From contig CAIIXF020000001.1 of the NCBI GenBank assembly GCA_903813345.2, forward strand, positions 43,400,001-43,464,000: 64,000 nt of DNA. Reading direction: 5' to 3'. Made by a program: the position numbers and the translations under genes. Shown one piece after another: positions 1-9,530 of the stretch. The number at the start of each line of letters is the position of its first letter. The stretch's first letter is position 1. Source of the stretch: Owenia fusiformis. Lineage: Eukaryota. The notes below the pieces were generated by a model. The model had not been told where the DNA came from and searched no databases. It saw only the letters and a list, made by a program, of their open reading frames with translations.

Positions 1-69
1 AATAGCGATATGTTTTAGATGTAAAAAAGTCATATAGAACATTAATAAAGCTGGAAATGTAGATATTTA

Positions 70-830
70 AGAAATACATGGCAGCCATCTTGAAAAATGG
101 CGGCCTTTACACGCTATTTTATGGTTGTTGCTGTAACTTGAAAAGAAGTGGATCAATATTGTTTATATTTGATATGTGAATATTCATAAGCATGACGCAC
201 TGTTTTATGATACTTTGGCGAGAAGACGGCCATTTTAAAATGGCCGTTATTTTTACATGTGTCATTTTACTTTTTTTATTATAACTCAAAAAGTAATGGA
301 GCGATTTTGTTCATATTTGAATGTGAATACTCATAAGCATGGCACACTCTCTCATGAAACTTTAGCTAGTAGGCAGCCATTTTGAAAAATTGCCGCCATT
401 TACATGTGAGTGTGTGCAAATTTATTAAAATTTTAAATGTGCCTTCTTAGAAGCATATTACACTTTCTTATGACAATTTGGCTTATGAGCAACCATATTG
501 AAAATGTTGGCCATTTTTGTGTGATAATGATAATGAATTTTCAAGATGGCCACTTAATTTCAAAATGGCTGGCATTTTTTTTATAGAAAACCATAATCTT
601 TGATGATAATATACCAGTAGACTGATTTTGTTCAAATTTTATATACTAATGCCTAGAGATAAAGGAGCTCTCCTCGAGATAGCAGCTGAAATAGCCACTT
701 TTTGTAAAAACATAATCTCCAATAAATTAAATACCAGTGGACAGATTTGGTCCAAATCTCATATACTTATACCTAGGGACAAGGGAGCTCTGTTCAAGAA
801 GAGATTTTCTAGATAGCCACTATTTATCAA
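70..830. repeat. Dispersed repeat rich in GCCATTTT(G)AAAATGGC palindromes (family unassigned)
   Basis: Recurrent GCCAT(C/T)TT...AAAATGGC motifs and GATTTTGTTCAAATTTTATA blocks. Similar blocks recur at ~3950-4030, 5120-5300, 11510-11700 and 16520-16640. Confidence 0.55.
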
Positions 831-1775
831 ACCATGTTTTGTTCGGTGGGATTTGCTACTCCATGGAGTTTCTGATTTCTTGTTTGAGTTTTTTTTATTG
901 TATGTCAAAATAGGGCCATTCAAAGGCCCGCTCAATAGGGAAAATCTATACTAAATTAGTTTAAACATGTTGGGGATTTGCCAAATGGAATTCTGTGTTT
1001 CATTTTATTTATTCACAGCATGAGTACTAAACTAGTACTTCTCTAGTGAATGAGGATTTCAATCACGGCCTATGAGCGCATTAATGCATTCTACAATTCA
1101 GCATAGATAGAGATCTAATAATCTTGATAGTTTAAATTGAACCCTTCAACATGTTCAAAGACTGTATCTTGCCCCAAATACGTAGGTACGAGGTTTTTTA
1201 TACAAAGCCCATTAATATTTTAAACTTCACTTTCATGTATACTTCTATCATGGCCATGCATAATATGAAATATTATGATTCCATTGTTTCTCAGGTATAA
1301 TCAAGTCAGAAAGGCATTCAGTAAAACAAACATTACTGCCCCCTCCCACCATCAAATGAACAAAATAGAGAAGCCTTGTCATACAAATGTCATGGAAAGT
1401 GACACAAATACTATAGTATATTATTTTTACTATTGAAGTCTATTCTAAATGAATCAAAAATATGATGTTTAAAAGAAAGTTGGCATTATTTTTGGGTGAT
1501 AACTTCAAAGACATTATGTTAACATAACCATCGAGGTCAAACATCCTAATTAAATACTATCCGGCATGTCTCTAAGGACACTAGAGTTGTTATTATGGAT
1601 GTCATTTAGATTGAAAATATAAATACGTACTCTGTAATTGACAAAGCCAAACTTGGTTGAAAAACTATTGTTTAATTCTTTATTTTACTCATTGGTTGGT
1701 TATGAAAAGATTAACTTTTCAACTTTGTAACCAGCATACCTCCAAAGGCAAGCCAGATTCTCGCCTTTCTAATTG

Positions 1776-2918
1776 TCACTCAGACTGGGATACATAGAGG
1801 CATTCTTTTGAGCCTGCTTTGCTCAATTGTATGTGAAGAGAAACAAGTGTCATGCACACGTGTCTTATTGAGTGGTTCAAAGTATTTTCTTTCTCACTTA
1901 TCAAGTTACTTCTCTCATGGACATGACGAAAATTCACGTTTCTCGCAAACACATTCTTCAAAGCTCGTCTAAAGCCTTTCATTCTTAAAACATAGGTGAC
2001 AGGATTTACACAGGCTTGGAGCAAGATGAGAATAAAGCAACAATGATGTAAAGTCATATACACCAACATGTTACCAGAGTCCTTCTTGAAAGGTATTATT
2101 GCTGTCAATGTTAGACTAGGTACCCATGTAAGAAAATATGGACCTAGTACCATTATCCCTGTTTTTACAATTTTCAAATGGCAATTCCTCTTGTAGCAGT
2201 TATGGTGTACTTGGCATGTTTTCTTTGTCTGGGATTTCTTGAACATGGATGAATCATTCTTCTTGCTTTCCAGGTTGTTCTGATTGTCCTTGAATCTCAA
2301 TTTTTCTAGAACTAGTTGTTTCTGTTGGCGGCTCGCTGTAATGAATATTTGACTATAGCAAAATGTGGTAATTACCACTGAGATCAAAATGCATGTGATG
2401 ACTAAGAATGTGTATGGCAATGGGTGGATTGTAACTTTCGAACAATGGAAAGAATCGTTCATATCATCTGTGTAAGTATTCCATCCCATGGCTGGCGAAA
2501 ATGATAGGCCTCCAGCAAGGATGAGCATAACCCCGACAATAATCAAACACCTCTTTGTTGTGATCTCTGTCCGCAAATATGGGTGCAAGACCCGAATGTA
2601 CTTCTCTAAGGCAATGCAACTAAGGCTCAAACCAGATATGATTGCAGTAAACGAAATGATCTCACTTCCAATCAAACACAATGTTAGGTTCTTATTTATG
2701 TCGGACTCAATGAAATATGACATTGATTTCAACGGAAAAGTTACAAAAGCAGTCCCGAGATCAGCCACAGCAAGCATAACTGTAAAGGCAATGTTGATAC
2801 CTCTATTATGGCAAATTTGTGGATTTTTCCTGACCGCAATGAGCATCACAATGTTTCCGAAGCAAACAAATGGAACAATTCCCAAGCATATCCAAAAGAA
2901 TGGATTTACAATGTTCAT
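1776..2918 (-). CDS. Intronless class A (rhodopsin-like) GPCR, adenosine/MECA-cluster-like orphan, 380 aa
   Basis: Seven hydrophobic segments. TM1 GN, TM2 LAVADL, TM3 EKY (DRY-equivalent), PAMGWN after TM4, TM6 TWVP (CWxP) and TM7 NPVTY (NPxxY). Very short N-terminus. Confidence 0.9.
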   Translation of the reverse strand: MNIVNPFFWICLGIVPFVCFGNIVMLIAVRKNPQICHNRGINIAFTVMLAVADLGTAFVTFPLKSMSYFIESDINKNLTLCLIGSEIISFTAIISGLSLSCIALEKYIRVLHPYLRTEITTKRCLIIVGVMLILAGGLSFSPAMGWNTYTDDMNDSFHCSKVTIHPLPYTFLVITCILISVVITTFCYSQIFITASRQQKQLVLEKLRFKDNQNNLESKKNDSSMFKKSQTKKTCQVHHNCYKRNCHLKIVKTGIMVLGPYFLTWVPSLTLTAIIPFKKDSGNMLVYMTLHHCCFILILLQACVNPVTYVLRMKGFRRALKNVFARNVNFRHVHERSNLISEKENTLNHSIRHVCMTLVSLHIQLSKAGSKECLYVSQSE

Positions 2919-5696
2919 GTTTGTAAATTAGATATTCTGTAACCCAGGTGATATCATGTGATCCTTTGTGATATCATGTGATCCTTTGTTATGCCAGGTG
3001 TTCCTTTAATTAAGTATTCCGAGTCCTGGTGTCGTTTTAATCTGGCATAATTTTTATCAGCTATTCCTTATTCGATATAGATTTTAGATTATATTTAATG
3101 TCACTAACTTTTAATTATTCTGCTTATCAGGTATACCATTGGACTGCTTGAAGTGTTCTTTATAGATGTTTCCATGGATTATCTCAAAGTTTAAAATAAT
3201 CACAAAATCCACTCAGTACTATAGTCCAAGTAAAAGTGATTTTTAACAAAATCATCTGAAAGAACAGTGATCGTCTAATGATGAGAATATATATATGGTA
3301 AAGGTATGTTAAGCCACGTGATATTGTATCTCATGGTAGAGTATGTACAATGTAAATGACTCAACATGTGCAATATTATTTTAATAAACAACAAATAAAG
3401 TAATTATCAGCAGATGCTTTTCTACTTTAGTGAAATATTATGCAGACAGATCAAGCATAAGAGTACCTCATTACTGCATCATTTTGATAATTATAGAATA
3501 ACATGCTACCTTATTGAAATTCTGTCTGTCCCGAGGAATGATGAAGATTCAGAAGCTTCATTTAAAATTATAAAGAACAAGATGGGAACAAATATGTAAG
3601 CATAAGCACAAGTGTCAAAGGGAAAGAACCAAAAGTTGTGTATACCAGTCATAAGAAAAACAAACCCAATATATCCCAAAACCATGATCTAATGTGAAAG
3701 GAAACAATGTGTAATACCCCCTTCCCCCACCATTCAAGAACCAATATCACAATCCAAGATCAGAACACCAAGGGACATTTCATTCATACTGAAGTCATAA
3801 CCAGGGAGTAGAAATTCGTCCAGTATTTTCATCTGGCACAAACCGAGATACTGGAGGCAGACCTCCATTTTATCCCACTGAACGAAGTTCGACGGGGATA
3901 TAGAAAAGCAGTCCATCCGTATGGTCGTGTGTCCGGGCACTGACTGAAATACCAGTTTATGGATTTCATTCAAATTTTATAGGCTTATGCCTTATGGGTG
4001 TAGGACCTCTGCTCAAGAAAGAATTTTCGTCAAAAGGAAAATAATATGTGTTTTGTCTCACCTTTTGACGAAAATGTGTACTTTTTTAACATATGATCCC
4101 CGTTACCATAGCAACCAGTCAATCAACTTTAATGAAACTTGTCCTAATGGTAGGACATGATAAGTAGATGATTACCTGTAAATATCAAGATGATTGGTTG
4201 TATATTCTAGGAATTATATATGGCTTTCCTAATACCCCCCTTAAAATTACACCAGGGGGGTATAAATCTGCATATTTCCAAAAAGCTGAAAAACTAGACA
4301 CCATTGTTTCAGAATCAATGTAGTTGTTTGCATCTACCCTGTCTCAAAGGCGAAATTATTTTATCATCTCTAGAAGTGATTTTCCTGGAGGTAATGCATT
4401 CGCCTAACATATGCACCTGTTTAAATCCCCAGAAAATGGCCAAAATCAAACATATGACTGTCCAAAATCTGTTGCGCTAATTTCCCTCCTCCTTTGCCAT
4501 TTTTCAAAACCACTTTTACACCACGCTCATCCAGTAACACTGCTACACTATTGTAGAGATAGTCTTGGAGCTCATATGTGCTTGCTACCAGTGACCTAGC
4601 CAGGAAGAAAAAAAGCGATTAGGCGAAAAATATTTCCAAACCTTGCCTAGCTTGCCTGGCAGTAGAAGAACATGATGGTAACCCTTATGTTATGAGACTG
4701 TTCACAATTGAATCAAAAGTTGATGATTTAGATTAATAATCAATATAAAAGTTATATAATGAATTTATAACTCGTCATTGTTAGAGGAATATTCATCAAA
4801 GGATGTTAAAAAAGTGACAAGGCATCTGCCTCATCCTGGCTATGCTAGAGGCTACACTTACTACCCATACTACGCTGCTATACTCAAAGTTATTATAAGG
4901 TAATCATTGTGTCATAATTACCATCTAGGCTGATGATAGTGTAATTATCATCGTTAAATTTTATGAAAAACTAAAATTGCAAGAAATTCGAAGAATATTA
5001 GTACTTTCATTGTAAAAAATTACTTTTAGCATATTAAATCCCTTTTTATCACACCATCGGTGGGATATTGTCGTCATAGTCATCGTGAAGGTGATCGTGA
5101 TTGTCCCGCTTTTTTGTTATTGCCATTTCAGGAAAACTGCTCATCAGATTTTCTCCAAATTGGCACACATGATAGAACATATCAAGTTCTAGAGCTGATT
5201 AACTTTTGGGTGGCCATCTTTATTTTTGACAGCCATTTTGAAGGTTTTTTGGAAAGTCTTGTCATCACCATTTCAGGAAAACCGCTCATTGGATTTTATC
5301 CAAAGGAGCACGTAGGTTATCGCAAACAATTTCACAATGTTATATCTTGGATTATGACTATTTTCTGACAATGAAGACAGGTTTATCTTTTAGATCAATT
5401 CATTATCTCAAAGAAAATTATATACAGTAATAATAAAGTCAAACAAACTCAGAGATATTTAACTAGCAATCAACCCATCAACACACTTTTTCAAAGATGT
5501 TGACTCCATTTTCACCAAAAATGCAATCATTTTTTACAGTGTTTAATACATTACTAATTGTTCTTGAAAGAAAAACTTAATTGCTTTAAGATAAGTGTTC
5601 CCCATGTTATTTCTCCATTGAAAAATCTCATGCTTCCACGGTATTCAAAACAGCAAACGTTTTTAGAACACTGATTAAGGAAATTTTTGAAGTTAC

Positions 5697-6556
5697 CTAT
5701 CAGCAACAAAGCCGAAGAATACTGCCCCAAATAGACGACCAGCAAAAAATATAGATTGAAGTGTTGATTTCATCCATTTACGTCCACATACAAGGTCCCA
5801 CTTGAAATAAAAGAATGTATTCATTTTTTTCCACCCTTTGGGGGCTATATCATTGTTTACTACTGGAGACATTCTCACAAGAAATCTTTAATAGAATATG
5901 CAATCAAATTCAATATGGAATAAACTAAGCTAACAACAGAATATTATTTGTATCATGTTCAAAACAAAATGAAATTAGCACATTACAGAGGCCCTACAGA
6001 ATAATATTATCAAGCTGATCACAGATTGTATCCATCTTGGATTAGGGTTATTGGGGGTCTTAAATAATGTATGGCTTTTTTATTAGACCTCTTTTACACT
6101 ATATTTTGGGGAGTCTTCTATAAAATTCCTTGTCTCAATAGAATTCTGTCTACTGTATTGTTGTCTTACCTCTGTGGCAATAGATGAAACATAGAGTTCC
6201 TTACTATACACCCAAGTGTCACAGTCCCTTGTCATTGTGTTGTCCCAGTTGATTGCATCCAGGTAGTTGTCTCCTGTTATACCTGTATAGTTCCTATCGT
6301 AAATCCTACAGCTACTGTAGACAGTCTCCCCATCCTTCACTTCAGTTGGGGTAGTCAGATTCATACGAACAGCATAGGGCAGGCCAAGACTGTCAATTTC
6401 AGGGACTGAACACCAATGTTGTGGTTCACCTCCAATAAATGTAGGATTCAGATTTTGCCATGCACTTATGTATCCAAATAAATGGCTCCCCAAAATGAGG
6501 ATTTTTTGGTAAAGCCCAAAAGGCCCTACCAAGATTAGTAACTCATCAAATAACAT
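5697..6556 (-). CDS. SLC22 organic cation/anion transporter-like gene, exons 1-2 only (possibly a truncated pseudogene)
   Basis: Exon 1 6556-6170 (MLFDELLILVGPFGLYQK...HWCSVP...YSSCRIY...CDTWVYS...SSIATE|GTAAG). Exon 2 5800-5697, 104 nt (WDLVCGRKW...FFAGRLFGAVFFGFVADR|GTAAC). This is the typical SLC22 N-terminus and exon structure. No intact further exons were recognised before the GPCR. Confidence 0.8.
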
Positions 6557-7179
6557 GCTATTCAAGTAAGTTAGAATATACAGCAGTAGTTCTATTGTTG
6601 GTTACTGTATAGAATTGATTATTTGTTTACTTTGATAATCTACCACATGATAATCAAATGGATGATGATAATTTATAAGGTTGATAACATTTTATTACAC
6701 AGATATATGACTTGCTAGGTCAAGAGAAACATGAGATTTGCTTACTAGAATGTTAGAGTAGTGATTGTCAGCATTTGACATTATGACATGTCATTTGCTG
6801 TAATAAACCATAGTTTCAGTGTTTAACTTTTGACCACACTCTATAGAAATTTTAAGGGTTAAGAAAGTCAAATTAAACATAAAGTTAAGCTCTAGAAAGG
6901 CCAGTTTTTGTGCTTATATGTACAAAAGTATAAATGCCAAAATAAAAAATTCTAAAGAGCATTACAAAACACAACAAGAAAAAGAGAAGTACATAGGAGC
7001 AAAACCAGTTATAAGGAAAACCAAACTCTCAATATCCCAAAGTAGCACACAAAGGAATGATTTTTATTACCCTCCTTATATAACCACACCATCACAATTA
7101 AATTGCCCATAAATCTACTCATATAATAGAAAGTTTTCAAATTAGATAAATCTAAAAGATGTAGATATAGTATGCAAAT

Positions 7180-9530
7180 TATGTTCATTATTCTAGAGAG
7201 AACAAGTATCCCCTGCAAGTCCCCATGGCTACTATAGAGTACCTGCTGAGGTACATCAAAAATGGTGATAACTTGTTATTTCATTATTCCAGAGAGAACA
7301 AGTATTGCCTGCAAGTCCCCATGGCTACTATAGAGTACCTGCTGAGGTACATCAAAAATGGTGATAACATGTTATTTCATTATTCCAGATAGAACAAGTA
7401 TTGCCTGCAGGTCCCCATGGCTACTATAGAGTACCTGCTGAGGTACATTAAAAATGGTGATAACATGTTATTTCATTATTCCAGTGAGAACAAGTATTGC
7501 CTGCAGGTCCCCAGGGCTACTATAGAGTATCTGCTGAGGTACATCAAAAATGGTGATAACATGTTATTTCATTATTCCAGAGAGAACAAGTATTGCCTGC
7601 AAGTCCCCATGGCTACTATAGAGTACCTGCTGAGGTACATTAAAATGGTGATAACATGTTATTTCATTATTCCAGAGAGAACAAGTATTGCCTGCAAGTC
7701 CCCATGGCTACTATAGAGTATCTGCTGAGGTACATCAAAAATGGCGATAACATGTTATTTCATTATTCCAGAGAGAACAAGTATTGCCTGCAAGTCCCCA
7801 TGGCTACTATAGAGTACCTGCTGAGGTACATCAAAAATGGTGATAACATGTTATTTCATTATTCCAGAGAGAACTCAATATTCCAGAGAGGACAAGTATT
7901 GCCTGCAAGTCCCCATTGCTACTATAGAGTACCTGCTGAGGCACATCAAAAATGGTTATAACATGTTATTTCATTATTCCAGAGAGAACTCAATATTCCA
8001 GAGAGGACAAGTATTGCCTGCAAGTCCCCATGGCTACTATAGAGTACCTGCTGAGATACATCAAAAATGGTGATAACATGTTATTACATTATTCCAGAGA
8101 GAACAAGTATTGCCTGGAAGTCCCCATGGCTACTATAGCGTACCTGCTGAGGTACATCAAAAATGGTGATAACATGTTATTTCATTATTCCAGAGAGAAC
8201 AAGTATTGCCTGCAAGTCCCCATGGCTACTACTGTATAGAGTATCTGCTGAGGTACATCAAAAATGGTGATAACATGTTATTTCATTATTCCAGAGAGAA
8301 CTCAATATTCCAGAGAGGACAAGTATTGCCTGCAAGTCCCCATGGCTACTATACAGGGTGTCAAATGGCGTTGTGCCCCCCCCCCCTCCACAGCATAAAC
8401 TTAGAAAGGTACCTACACATCATGTATGTCATTGGAAAGAGCATTTAATTCTGGATAAAATAAACCCTAGATGACCTAGGTCAGATATTGCTACATAGGG
8501 TCACATGCATTAGAAATGTACTGGTGTAGTGCTCTATTTCATTCTTGATTTTTGAGAAGTGGCTGACTGTAAAGTGTAGTGCCTTTAATATTTTATTTAT
8601 TTAGACTAAAGCTAGTTCACAGTTGAAATAAAGATGACAAAACAACCTTTTGATGATGATAATCAGCAATATAGAGACAGAATAAGGTGTATTGCATATA
8701 GAGAAGCCAGAGATGAGGGTGCTAGTTTCATTACGAAGTATTAAAATCTCTTGAGAAAAACACAGCCCTTTCCATTCCCTTTTAGCTTCATATCCGGCTA
8801 GATTGGCAGCGGTTTAGGCTGCCCAAGGGGGTCATACTCACTTTTAAAAGTAAGTTAAAATATATCTTATTTTCCATCATGCATCTTCATCTTTTCACAT
8901 GTTAACAACAATTAAATGCTCTTTCCAATGGTATATGGTATGTGTGTGTATCTTTCCTAGTTTATGCCGTGGAGGGGGGGGGCACAACGCCATTTGACAC
9001 CCTGTAGAGTACCTGCTGAGGTACATCAAAAATGGTGAGAACATGTTATTTCATTATTCCAGAGAGAACAAGTATTGCCTGCAAGTCCCCAGGGCTACTA
9101 TAGGGTACCTGCTGAGGTACATCAAAAATGGTGATAACATGTTATTTCATTATTCCAGAGAGAACAAGTATTGCCTGCAAGTCCCCATGGCTACTATAGA
9201 GTACCTGCTGAGGTACATCAAAAATGGTGATAACTTGTTATTTCATTATTCCAGAGAGAACAAGTATTGCCTGCAGGTCCCAATGGCTACTATAGAGTAT
9301 CTGCTGAGGTACATCAAAAATGGTGATAACATGTTATTTCATTATTCCAGAGAGAACAAGTATTGCCTGCAGGTCCCCATGGCTACTATAGAGTATCTGC
9401 TGAGGTACATCAAAAATGGTGATAACATGTTATTTCATTATTCCAGAGAGAACAAGTATTGCCTGCAGGTCCCCATGGCTACTATAGAGTATCTGCTGAG
9501 GTACATCAAAAATGGTGATAACATGTTACT
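7180..9530 (+). repeat. 96-bp tandem array (17 units) of TAF5L splice acceptor plus partial exon
   Basis: Unit TTTCATTATTCCAG|AGAGAACAAGTATTGCCTGCAAGTCCCCATGGCTACTATAGAGTACCTGCTGAGGTACATCAAAAATGGTGATAACATGTTA. Post-AG starts at 7197, 7293, 7389, 7485, 7581, 7676, 7772, 7868, 7983, 8098, 8194, 8295, 9063, 9159, 9255, 9351 and 9447. Units 8, 9 and 12 carry an extra 19-nt AGAGAACTCAATATTCCAG. Confidence 0.95.
8354..9004. mobile_element. Tc1/mariner-type MITE inserted in the tandem array
   Basis: TIRs CAGGGTGTCAAATGGCGTTGTGCCCCCCCC... and ...GGGGGGCACAACGCCATTTGACACCCTG (~95 bp, imperfect). TA duplicated at 8352-8353 and 9005-9006. The repeat unit resumes exactly after the insertion. Confidence 0.93.

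Noticed and set aside
2488..2931. 147-aa + strand ORF
   Set aside because: It is the antisense shadow of the GPCR and has no recognisable motif.
2947..2990. Short two-copy direct repeats (also ~15943-15988 and ~56023-56068)
   Set aside because: These are ordinary ~20-bp slippage duplications with no evident function.
7180..9530. CRISPR-like array or stand-alone repeat-protein genes (ORFs 7417-8448)
   Set aside because: Units are contiguous with no unique spacers and the context is eukaryotic. The ORFs are translations of the duplicated TAF5L exon fragment.
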